Below, piece after piece: positions 19,401-27,261 of a stretch of DNA of 34,427 bases. The stretch comes from a virus (lineage: Duplodnaviria; Caudoviricetes). Both the position numbers and the translations under genes were made by a program. Positions within the stretch are counted from its first letter, which is position 1, and the number at the start of each line of letters is the position of its first letter. The stretch lies in the IMG/VR virus record IMGVR_UViG_3300020400_000019, positions 1 through 34,427 of that record; one strand, written 5' to 3'. The notes beneath the pieces were generated by a model, which worked only from the letters and a program-made list of their open reading frames with translations, was not told the DNA's origin and searched no databases.

Positions 19401-22400
19401 CGTATTGAATACGATAACGATAGTAATTTTAAAGATTTACATATACAAAATAATGAAATAGCAAAAGCTGTAGCTAATACATATATAGCTAGAAATACAT
19501 TGTCATTTGCTAACACAAACTATCATAATACATTACGTAAGTATTTTACTAGAAGAATTACTAATCCATTTATAGAAACAGGAATGAAAAGCTGGTTTAA
19601 AGGATTTATTGAACCAGAAGCTACACAATATATAGAGTTTGATCCGTTTAAAAGAGGTAATAGAACCATAGAAGAAGGAGAAGTATATCTTGACACAACT
19701 GTTAAACAAATGCCTGTGGTATTTGGGAACAAGAAATACAGTCTTGGCGAACTTTGGAACAAATATACTAGGGAATACTCCGATGGACTTTCCAAAGAAG
19801 TTCTTAAGCAGTATGATGATGCATTTACTTTCCTTGTTATACGTACACCTGCTGATTCAGTTAGTGGTGTGCGTGCATTACGTTTTCGTGGATGGACAGG
19901 ACAAAAAGGAGCTGGATCACTTATACATCCCAAAGACAAAGAAATGCTTGGAGGAGGAGATAATGATTCAGATAGTATGAAGATATTTCAAGGATTTAAA
20001 CCTGATCTATTAGAATACTATAAAAAGAACAAAGATGAACGTGCTAGATGGAGTACAGACAAACCTTATGTAGATAGATTAAATGAATTAGTACGTAATA
20101 AAAATATATCCAAAGAACTAGGAGAAGAACTATTAGATCCTTTTTATTTAATGTCTAGTGCACATAGAGTACATGCAGGGAGATATTCAAGCACTGGTAA
20201 AGATGGTTTAGGACTGGGATTAGCTAACGCTAATTATATGTTAAACTACTATGATTACATTAATTCTATTGGTGGTACATATAAATATCAGGGATTAGTT
20301 GTTAAGACTAAAGATAAATTTTCTCATAGATTTGCTTTAGATTTAAAAACTATGATTGTTAACAAGTCAGCAGATGCTAGTAAAGATCCTACTAAATCTG
20401 ATTATACTAAAGATCCTGATTTATTATTTGATGCTTTGTTTGAAGTGTCTTATAAAGGTAAACCATTAAATAGTGTAAAACTAAAAGGTCAAAACCCTAA
20501 TCAAAATCCATATACAAAATTTAATATGCTTATTAGTGGTAGCAATTTAGATGCAATAAAAAAGTCTATAAGACTAACTAAGCCTAATATTACAACATAT
20601 GAAACTGGCGAACCTGCTGCGATAGATATATTTCAGTACAAAAGAAATCTAAATGAAGTTAAGCAGCAAATGGATTCTATTAAAAAGGGTCAGGTTAATT
20701 TAGATATATATAGAAAACTGCAAGAGTCATTTGGTGACTCAATAGAGTTTGGTGGTATTAATAAAGTTCAACAAGCATTATACAGAAAGTCTAGAGACAA
20801 CTATATAAATAATCTTAGACAACAATATGAAGAGTTTCCTAAACAGTTTTTGGTAAAAAGTAATACATCTAAGTATTTAGAAAAACACTTTGATATACTG
20901 GCTAAAGAGTTGTCGTTTGAAACAACTAGTAACCATCAAAAGAATATGGCTACTGATCCTAATAAAGCATTGGATATTTTTGGTAAAGACATAGGACAGT
21001 ATGCAACTATTGAGCTATTAACAAAACAGTTTGGTGATATACAAAAGGCATTTTTAAATAAAGGTAAGAAAGTAAACTTAGTAGATGATGTTTATCCTAA
21101 GTTAAAAGAAGAAGCATTTGCTATAAAGGATACATTAAAAGTAAGAGACAATAAAGTAAGTAATGATTTAGATGGTCGTATAATGAATACAAGAACAAAG
21201 TTATCTAATATAGAAAAGTCTAATGGATTACAAGAAGGGTTACTTCAGGATTATTTTTCTTATTGGTTGTTAAGTCCTATACAAAGAAATCCTTCTCCAA
21301 CTAAAGTTGCTAGAACTGGTTATAGTAAAGATATACATGCTTCTAGAGCAATACCTATACAGGTAAAGAGAAACTTTTATAAAAAATTAGATGAGATATA
21401 CTTTGATGTATTAGGTGATAAACCACCGATAACAATAAAGTCTAAGAAGTTTAAAGACAGTGAGCTGTCAAATAATGTAGAAATAAATGAAGTATTAGAT
21501 ACTTCAGTAAATACAGGTGTATTAAAAGGATTAGCACTTACTAAAAAAGATTTAGCAGAAGTAAATGAGTTTAGTAAGTATATAAAAGATCATCCAATAT
21601 CTAAAGAAAACTTTAATGATTGGTTTACGCAAATGACGAGTCCTATTTTAGAAAGTAGAATCTTAGAAGGGCCTACTAGAGATGCTACAACTATTACATT
21701 GAAAGATGTTAAAGCATTAAACAATTATTTTAGGGAGTTACAGACTAAGAAGGGTTTGGGTGTAGGTCTTATTGATTATTACAGTTCTCCGATTACTACT
21801 AGTAGAAAACTAGAAGCTATGAATTTTCAAACTAAAGCCTTTAACATTAAGCAAAAGGTGTTAACAAAAGATGGATTAAAAGAAAAAAATGTACAGTATG
21901 TACTTAGTCCTATACTGTCTATAGCAAACTATATAAGAATGTCTGAAGCTGGTATTAATAAATACGAAGGTCGTAGAAAAGACATGCGTTTTAATCTTGA
22001 GAAAGAGTTAAATGAATTAGATACCAAGAAAGAAAAAATCTATATGGACAATATTATAGAGTTTAGAGAAGGCAGAAAAACGTTAGATCAATTAGATAAA
22101 TCTATTAATAAAGAAAAGTTTATTAAGCTTAATGAAGCTGTAACTGAGTTTAATAAAAACATGTGGGAATTTTGGGTTCCTACAAAAAATGCTGCAGGAA
22201 AAGAATATAATTGGAACACTATAGATGTAAATAATAATTATGGTGTGGTTAATAAATATATCAGGTATGATAAAAATGGCAGATTTAATCTAGAAAAATT
22301 TGAACAAGAAGTCATTATGGCTAAAAACCAAAGTGACAATATTATAAGACAAATAGGTATTGATGGTATTATGCGATATAGGTATGAATATCTATTAGAA

Positions 22401-24461
22401 AAGTCTATTGCTGGAAGCAAAAACAAAAAAGAAGCTAGAGAATTAGCTAGAAAGGAAAGTCCATTCTATCCTAGACGTAAACGTGATTATAATACGTATA
22501 TTCATCATAGCATACGTAATGTTCCAAAAAATATAAGAATAGAACAAGTAGAATGGATTAATAGAAATGCAGGTAAAATACCTAATAGAGTTCTAAGAGA
22601 ACTAACTATGGATAATGAGTTTTTTGAAATGAACGATAGAATAACTATTGATGCAGATTATAAAACTGCTTTTGAAAATTCTTCAACATCAATACCGGGT
22701 TCATTAAAAAAACGTGGAAATGATCCTATTCCATTTAAACGAGGTAGAGATTTATTTGACGATTATCAAAACTCATTGATAAAAGGTTATTTTAGAAATC
22801 TTATGAAGGTAAAAGCACAAAGTGATATAGATGCTTTGATGTCTAATATGAAAAATTATAAACCTTCAAAAAATGAAACTGCTCGTTTTAATAAAATGTA
22901 TAAAGGTCAAAGTATACCAGATAAATTAAGATACAAAAATTATTTAGATGTATGGGCAGACTTTGTAAGAAACTATGCAGAGTATAGCATGGGTTATCAA
23001 ACAAAGTTTAGTGATAAGATGATGACAGAACAAGGCAGAGACTTGTTGGCTTTGAATAAAAAGAACTTATTTTATACAACATCTGATCAAGTTATTGCCA
23101 ATCAATTAGAAAAACTATATCGTAGTAAACTTGGCGGTAGAGATAGTTTACCATTTGTAAACAACCTGCCTAAAGATCCTGCTGCTAGGCAGCCTTATTT
23201 ATATAATTTAATTAGGAATTTAGGAGCATCTGAGGCTAAGTATCAGCTATTGTCATTACTTGCTAATACAGGGTCATTTACTACTAATATATTTGGAGGT
23301 GGTACACTAGCAATAGGAAGTGCAGGTGTACGTAATTTTGTTGATTCATTTAACAATAAAACACTTGAAGCTGTTCTATTAAAAAATAGTAAAGGTGAAT
23401 ACACTACATTTTTAAATAATGGTAAACCTGTAAAAAATAGAAAAGGCATAGATAAATGGCTTGAAGAAAACGGATTCTTTGACAATTACATACAAAATGA
23501 ATTTGAATATAGACCTGAAGTAACAGCAAGATTAAAGAATGCTGGGGTAAATATAAAGAACTTATCTAGAGATTTAGTCGTAGCATTAAAATCTAAAAGA
23601 ACTGATAAGCAAGAAAGTGTTAATGATGTATTTAAAAGATATGGTATAAATGATATAATGCTAGAAGCAGGTGGTTTTTTTATGAAATCATCTGAACGTA
23701 TTAACAGAAAAAATGCATTTATTGCTCATGCACTACAAGCTGTTAGAGGTTTTGGAAAACAAGGTAGGGAAATGACACTAAATGACCCTTATGTATTTCA
23801 ACAAGCTATGAAAGGTATAGAAATGACACAGTTTTTATATCAAAATGCTTTTAGACCACCATTTATGGCTACAACAACTGGTAAGGTTTTAAACAGGTTT
23901 AAGTTATTTGCTTTTAACAGTGTACGAATACGTAAAGAGTTTTTTAGGCAAGCTAAAATGCAAGGCTTAAGACCTAATACAGAAGAGTATAAAAGATTTC
24001 AAGATACATTTCTTATTGATATAATGATGTATGGATTAGGTGCAGCATTTATGTTTAGTTTATTTGATACTACGTTACCACCACCATATGATTGGGTGCA
24101 GGCGTTAGCTGATTATACATTTGGAACAAAGCAGCAAAAAGAATTAGCATACTTTGGAGATCCTTTAGGCCCATTAAATGTTTTAAAACCACCCATTGCT
24201 AGAGTTCCTGAAGCATTTGGTGAACTAATTACTGGTAACTTTGATGATTTTACTGGATACACTATGTATACATTGTTGCCATTTGGTAGAGGTATACGAC
24301 AAGCTGTGCAATTATCCGATGACAGAGTAGGCAGAGGTCTTGAACGTGCTCCAGAAATACTGTTTAGGATACCCTACAATAAGTTTTTAAATAGACTTGA
24401 AAGAGCAAAAACAAAAAGAGAACGATTATCTTTTATAGATGAGCTACTAGAAGAATCCTAA
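16494..24461 (+). CDS. Giant internal virion protein containing a two-barrel RNA polymerase domain (putative virion RNAP)
   Basis: Ordered motifs TD740G, K768..K783, S810VK812, R1117TP, GGGD1156ND1158SD1160, G1235KDGLG, D1294ASKDP; Gly-rich hydrophobic N-terminus; C-terminal ERINR..AF...TQFLY....RP...G.....FK.F region like other large ejection proteins. Confidence 0.8.
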   Translation: MASPYESYKVRELVTAYRSDPTMFTDDQLDQLEALAYDNGINFKRINSEFNLNRAVRQAQAGFIEGFSTFDLIPESPRNTGEAIFRQLGHLAGFAPGILKAPVMGLSKIAQRVTGKKTRNQFTESVLEGIGVLDRYAAPMIASRGAKTAFNATIDKVGGRTLEFMKRGSSGRAIAEEAIGLGTASALSNIWKGEDAIIDGFIGGAIAGGAFGTIGNFASIGNRLSAGRTPQQIESANQALRGLLGSAFQGLPSTLRNEPTEMQIYNYLLGGFFGYNARPAKDIEASKWLSKNRDPSESFTPERSSDWNTINKEARDYITYEHPMGFQRSNNETGGSSGIALGYLKNQNPNRNYRQDAETHFKRNNINYTEKDINDFYRNKATEVYQANVERVQDSIVLSKSIPNQEMVDMMDPAIKPIVDLNNISRNILKANKDYKTNLEVGDIIVKTGQSINKDVNQFISQIKQNFTINKNIEKKLKNWYHESSKVFQPMPLMTIDGNNISVKEITKERINNVSIGEKTPELLPIQIIHPKGNIQMITHVIKDNIPVKIFKQSKNPVEQIEYALNKKDLGLINSKLGELDSYIFSGNKDKLTAVKANFRDGNYTINEVLDVLSRGNVSRSELQNKYDNYVAREKEIFGDTPATVELAPRKFISNIIYRLEQSNLPFEQAYRLIEKDSPYAIDPVNFNKRIQLLLSRMEPMHISSFKDVPFSNEGKVQRILIVKDPEVPFEGGSTINKTDGSQMVLPEVLKAEAEFIGLDPKVTGSNKPVIVFRTENGLLATKSNGQEMLPAMEKFARDNNIHRIFFESSVKLMDNNRQFITDLKYDPKKGSYSADNIRTIEVPTEAVQISRSTYENLPKDVNGTTIALQAYNNMNLVQGDRTFSKLWFEQVIEPSLKGTTGANELTSIKDSKEFIKKYDELNMNIEHMPYEFMKQKLLKQRPDDISIFLADRIMKAEREGQLNDPMSERIEYDNDSNFKDLHIQNNEIAKAVANTYIARNTLSFANTNYHNTLRKYFTRRITNPFIETGMKSWFKGFIEPEATQYIEFDPFKRGNRTIEEGEVYLDTTVKQMPVVFGNKKYSLGELWNKYTREYSDGLSKEVLKQYDDAFTFLVIRTPADSVSGVRALRFRGWTGQKGAGSLIHPKDKEMLGGGDNDSDSMKIFQGFKPDLLEYYKKNKDERARWSTDKPYVDRLNELVRNKNISKELGEELLDPFYLMSSAHRVHAGRYSSTGKDGLGLGLANANYMLNYYDYINSIGGTYKYQGLVVKTKDKFSHRFALDLKTMIVNKSADASKDPTKSDYTKDPDLLFDALFEVSYKGKPLNSVKLKGQNPNQNPYTKFNMLISGSNLDAIKKSIRLTKPNITTYETGEPAAIDIFQYKRNLNEVKQQMDSIKKGQVNLDIYRKLQESFGDSIEFGGINKVQQALYRKSRDNYINNLRQQYEEFPKQFLVKSNTSKYLEKHFDILAKELSFETTSNHQKNMATDPNKALDIFGKDIGQYATIELLTKQFGDIQKAFLNKGKKVNLVDDVYPKLKEEAFAIKDTLKVRDNKVSNDLDGRIMNTRTKLSNIEKSNGLQEGLLQDYFSYWLLSPIQRNPSPTKVARTGYSKDIHASRAIPIQVKRNFYKKLDEIYFDVLGDKPPITIKSKKFKDSELSNNVEINEVLDTSVNTGVLKGLALTKKDLAEVNEFSKYIKDHPISKENFNDWFTQMTSPILESRILEGPTRDATTITLKDVKALNNYFRELQTKKGLGVGLIDYYSSPITTSRKLEAMNFQTKAFNIKQKVLTKDGLKEKNVQYVLSPILSIANYIRMSEAGINKYEGRRKDMRFNLEKELNELDTKKEKIYMDNIIEFREGRKTLDQLDKSINKEKFIKLNEAVTEFNKNMWEFWVPTKNAAGKEYNWNTIDVNNNYGVVNKYIRYDKNGRFNLEKFEQEVIMAKNQSDNIIRQIGIDGIMRYRYEYLLEKSIAGSKNKKEARELARKESPFYPRRKRDYNTYIHHSIRNVPKNIRIEQVEWINRNAGKIPNRVLRELTMDNEFFEMNDRITIDADYKTAFENSSTSIPGSLKKRGNDPIPFKRGRDLFDDYQNSLIKGYFRNLMKVKAQSDIDALMSNMKNYKPSKNETARFNKMYKGQSIPDKLRYKNYLDVWADFVRNYAEYSMGYQTKFSDKMMTEQGRDLLALNKKNLFYTTSDQVIANQLEKLYRSKLGGRDSLPFVNNLPKDPAARQPYLYNLIRNLGASEAKYQLLSLLANTGSFTTNIFGGGTLAIGSAGVRNFVDSFNNKTLEAVLLKNSKGEYTTFLNNGKPVKNRKGIDKWLEENGFFDNYIQNEFEYRPEVTARLKNAGVNIKNLSRDLVVALKSKRTDKQESVNDVFKRYGINDIMLEAGGFFMKSSERINRKNAFIAHALQAVRGFGKQGREMTLNDPYVFQQAMKGIEMTQFLYQNAFRPPFMATTTGKVLNRFKLFAFNSVRIRKEFFRQAKMQGLRPNTEEYKRFQDTFLIDIMMYGLGAAFMFSLFDTTLPPPYDWVQALADYTFGTKQQKELAYFGDPLGPLNVLKPPIARVPEAFGELITGNFDDFTGYTMYTLLPFGRGIRQAVQLSDDRVGRGLERAPEILFRIPYNKFLNRLERAKTKRERLSFIDELLEES

Positions 24462-24495
24462 AAAAAACCCACGTAGGATAGACCTACGCAGGTTT
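24460..24495 (-). terminator. Intrinsic terminator ending the early arm at the convergence point
   Basis: - strand AAACCUGCGUAGG-UCUAU-CCUACGUGGGUUUUUUUU: 13-bp stem whose two G-U pairs form only on this strand, running into an 8-U tract. Confidence 0.85.
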
Positions 24496-24577
24496 AATAT
24501 TCTGGCTCAATGATTTGTTGTTTTTAATTTCACGTCAATATTTTGAAACATCAATCCAAACAAGTATTGAGCCATTT

Positions 24578-24706
24578 CTAAGATGGCTTATCTTTTGATA
24601 TGTAATAAGCACCTATTATAATTATAGCTGTCATTACAAACATAAATAAACCAATACCATATAATATAAAGTTAATAGCTGTTTCTGCTAAATCTATGAT
24701 AATCAT
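24578..24706 (-). CDS. Small membrane protein (42 aa, absent from ORF track)
   Basis: Hand translation MIIIDLAETAINFILYGIGLFMFVMTAIIIIGAYYISKDKPS; ATGA overlap with the upstream gene. Confidence 0.6.
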   Translation of the reverse strand: MIIIDLAETAINFILYGIGLFMFVMTAIIIIGAYYISKDKPS

Positions 24707-24843
24707 TGTTTAAACTCTTTACGAAACCAGTTTATCCAGAACCACCTATCAATAAACTTATCTACGATTAAGTAGATAATTAGAACAGGTATCATTATAT
24801 CGTGTCTATGCTGCACGATTGTTTCCCAATAGTATTCTATCAT
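24703..24843 (-). CDS. Small putative membrane protein (46 aa, absent from ORF track)
   Basis: AGGAG RBS; hand translation MIEYYWETIVQHRHDIMIPVLIIYLIVDKF... Confidence 0.6.
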   Translation of the reverse strand: MIEYYWETIVQHRHDIMIPVLIIYLIVDKFIDRWFWINWFRKEFKQ

Positions 24844-24851
24844 AATAACTC

Positions 24852-25211
24852 CTACATTATATTAATAAATGGTTTTAAGTACCATTTTGATTGCAAATAC
24901 TCTAAAGTAGACTCTAATAAAACAATCTGTTTCTTTTTAATAGTGTTTTCTCTACGTAATGACTTTTTAGTATTTTCACTTAATTTTAATTTATGTTCTA
25001 AATCATCAATACGTTTTTGAAGTTCTTTATCTTGTTTTAAAGACTTTTGTTTTAGTTTGTTAAAGTCCTTTATTAGATTGCTATGTGTTTCTCTTAGATC
25101 AATTAATTCTTCTGAAGGCAATCTAGGAACACCATAATGATCAAATACGTATTGAAATCCTTTTCGATACATTGGGTGTTCCATATTTTTTTCGTGTTCT
25201 AATAACTTCAT
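24852..25211 (-). CDS. Hypothetical coiled-coil protein
   Basis: 119 aa, heptad-rich; ATGA-coupled to the upstream gene. Confidence 0.65.
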   Translation of the reverse strand: MKLLEHEKNMEHPMYRKGFQYVFDHYGVPRLPSEELIDLRETHSNLIKDFNKLKQKSLKQDKELQKRIDDLEHKLKLSENTKKSLRRENTIKKKQIVLLESTLEYLQSKWYLKPFINIM

Positions 25212-25492
25212 GTTTGCTTTTTTCCAATTTTATAATAACTATCTGTATGATCCCATCCTGCATAATCGTAATATAAGTGATCAAGAGGTAAGTTATCTGA
25301 TTCTAAGTTTTCATGTGCATAATAATACTTCTGCATATAAAACTTTAGTTCATCAAATCCATTGTCGTTTTCTATAATATCTACAACAATTTGATCTAAC
25401 AAATTATTAAATGAGTTTAAGTACTCATCTGAATGTACCCTTATTTTTGTTATATCATTTGTTTTAGATCCATCAGGTTTTGTGTATTGCAT
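25208..25492 (-). CDS. Hypothetical protein
   Basis: AAGGAG RBS. Confidence 0.65.
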   Translation of the reverse strand: MQYTKPDGSKTNDITKIRVHSDEYLNSFNNLLDQIVVDIIENDNGFDELKFYMQKYYYAHENLESDNLPLDHLYYDYAGWDHTDSYYKIGKKQT

Positions 25493-25586
25493 TATTTCTC
25501 CTTAGACGTCAGCAGGGAAGGTCGAGGCGGTATGCTTGTGCACTAGCCCTCTACACTCTACTGTTCCCTGCATCGGTTTACTTAAG

Positions 25587-25826
25587 TTATTTACATCTTG
25601 GGCATATTTCTTTTTTTTTACCATACTTTGGGAAATCTTTGTAGTGATGATATATACCTCTTTTAGCTTTTTGGTTATTACCTTGTTTGCTTAGATATTT
25701 ATCTTTTTCCCAACAACTATCACAGAGTTTGCAGTATTTTATAGTTTCATCAGTACGTTTGCCTTCAGCAACAGCACCGTCATATCCTTTAGTAGTCGGT
25801 TCCCCAAACACCCAGTCTTCTAGCAT
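25587..25826 (-). CDS. Small zinc-binding protein
   Basis: CKLCDSC and CPRC; start probably ATG 25826 behind AAGGA. Confidence 0.6.
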   Translation of the reverse strand: MLEDWVFGEPTTKGYDGAVAEGKRTDETIKYCKLCDSCWEKDKYLSKQGNNQKAKRGIYHHYKDFPKYGKKKEICPRCK

Positions 25827-25989
25827 GTTGTAGTTCCTTGTCCATTTTATCAACTAACTGTTTTATTTTCTTAATGTCCTCGTAACTATGAAATGCAACA
25901 ATACTGTCAGCATTACTTATCATGTCTTTCATAATAGTAATCCTTTTAGTTAAATCATCTAATATCTTATCTATTTTATTAGCACTCAT
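25789..25989 (-). CDS. Hypothetical helical protein
   Basis: AGGA RBS; 66 aa. Confidence 0.55.
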   Translation of the reverse strand: MSANKIDKILDDLTKRITIMKDMISNADSIVAFHSYEDIKKIKQLVDKMDKELQHARRLGVWGTDY

Positions 25990-26120
25990 TACATTTCCTA
26001 CTATATACCCTTTTTAATTTTTGTAGTGGTCTAACGCCAACCAGACCACTACATCACTTATCAACCAATTTCAATAATATTTAACGATGACTTAACATCA
26101 CTTTCTGTTATTGTTATTGA

Positions 26121-26453
26121 TTATCCTGCTAACATCTTAAAGATGTTTAACAAGTCTTTGTATCGTAATACAACTAACGCTTCTTTACGATCTTCTTTTA
26201 ATATTTGTCCAAACACTTCATCGCATGGTTTTAAGTAGTCAGCTATAGACTTACGACCTTTAACCTGAAACTTCATAGGATTAAGGTCTTCCATGTTATT
26301 ACATTCTATAATCATGTCTACTTCTTCATGCCAACCTAATGATCTACCATCAGATCCCCAAGCACGTTTGGATACAAATCCATAACCTTTAGCAAGGTTT
26401 ACACATTCTCTTTCGATTCTGTTACCTTTTTGTTTTGGTGCTTTGCCACTCAT
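26121..26453 (-). CDS. Holliday-junction resolvase (Hjc-type PD-(D/E)XK nuclease)
   Basis: KQKGNRIERE...R...S...D...QVK pattern; downstream of the replication genes. Confidence 0.75.
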   Translation of the reverse strand: MSGKAPKQKGNRIERECVNLAKGYGFVSKRAWGSDGRSLGWHEEVDMIIECNNMEDLNPMKFQVKGRKSIADYLKPCDEVFGQILKEDRKEALVVLRYKDLLNIFKMLAG

Positions 26454-26662
26454 TCTGTTTCCTCTGAGTTTATATTACCTATAGCAACATTTACATTTCC
26501 AAGAATTACTTTTGTGCCATTTTTGTCTTTACCGTATACCGGATAACACCAATCAAAAACATTACCTTCTAAAATGTAATGTGCATCTTCTTGTGTAATG
26601 TCTATAATAATGTCGCCTATATTATTATCAGAATGTATCCAATCTTTTTTATTGTTATTCAT
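26450..26662 (-). CDS. Hypothetical protein
   Basis: ATGA overlaps on both sides; GGAG upstream. Confidence 0.6.
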   Translation of the reverse strand: MNNNKKDWIHSDNNIGDIIIDITQEDAHYILEGNVFDWCYPVYGKDKNGTKVILGNVNVAIGNINSEETE

Positions 26663-26862
26663 TCTTCTTCCTCCTGTGAGTGCATTCCTCCTATTTCATG
26701 GTATGTTGGCAAGCCTAACAATTTCCATATTTCATCTAAATAGTATTTACCATCTGACGACATCCTTTGTCTGTCAACATGTTCTAAGTCAGATAGATGC
26801 TCTATTAGTTTTTTAGTTTTATTAGTTGCTATGTTTAATGATACTTTTTTCATAATACCCAC
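26659..26862 (-). CDS. Hypothetical protein
   Basis: Coupled small ORF; start codon uncertain. Confidence 0.55.
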   Translation of the reverse strand: MGIMKKVSLNIATNKTKKLIEHLSDLEHVDRQRMSSDGKYYLDEIWKLLGLPTYHEIGGMHSQEEEE

Positions 26863-27071
26863 CTATTTGCTACGTTAAATCCTATAAACAATCTTAATGG
26901 CATAAAACCTATATGAAACGCTATAGCATTTCTCATTGATTTTTCTTGCTGTATTGCTATACTAAACATGTTTATCAGAATTATCCTGTAACCTGTTACT
27001 GATTTTGTTGTGTCCTTCTTCTTGCTTAATAGTGTCATAGACAGTATGTCTAGAATCCTTACTGTTATCAT
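26850..27071 (-). CDS. Hypothetical protein
   Basis: AAGGA upstream; fills the gap but overlaps the upstream ORF by 110 nt. Confidence 0.4.
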   Translation of the reverse strand: MITVRILDILSMTLLSKKKDTTKSVTGYRIILINMFSIAIQQEKSMRNAIAFHIGFMPLRLFIGFNVANRWVL

Positions 27072-27204
27072 ACTCTTCCTTCTGATGCTTAAATATCATC
27101 GTAGTTGTTTCATTTATGTCATGATCATGCACAAAAACATAGGCTCCGTTACCTTCTATTTTTTGTACTTTATCATCTTTAATATGTATTTCTACTATTG
27201 CCAT
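26962..27204 (-). CDS. Hypothetical protein
   Basis: GGAGG RBS; starts 29 nt downstream of a 19-bp motif copy. Confidence 0.6.
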   Translation of the reverse strand: MAIVEIHIKDDKVQKIEGNGAYVFVHDHDINETTTMIFKHQKEEYDNSKDSRHTVYDTIKQEEGHNKISNRLQDNSDKHV

Positions 27205-27232
27205 AAAACCTCCGATATGTGGTTTATAGGGG

Positions 27233-27251
27233 CAAAGATAAAGGAATCAGT
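27233..27251 (-). promoter_or_regulatory. 19-bp conserved motif, copy 4 (ACTGATTCCTTTATCTTTG)
   Basis: 16/19 positions invariant among four intergenic copies; occupies the loop of a 10-bp inverted repeat (27225-27260). Confidence 0.75.
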
Positions 27252-27261
27252 GCCCCTATAA

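Noticed and set aside
16601-23485. Long antisense and alternate-frame ORFs inside the giant gene (e.g. 16601-17131, 19055-19516, 19523-19939, 19690-19980)
   Set aside because: Shadow ORFs of a long coding frame; no convincing RBS or recognisable motifs. The same applies to the + strand ORFs within the early arm and the - strand ORFs within the fibre and nozzle genes.
16494-24461. N4/T7-type single-subunit virion RNA polymerase
   Set aside because: The motif set present is the two-barrel RxP/DxDxD type; no convincing T7-like A/B/C motif series was recognised
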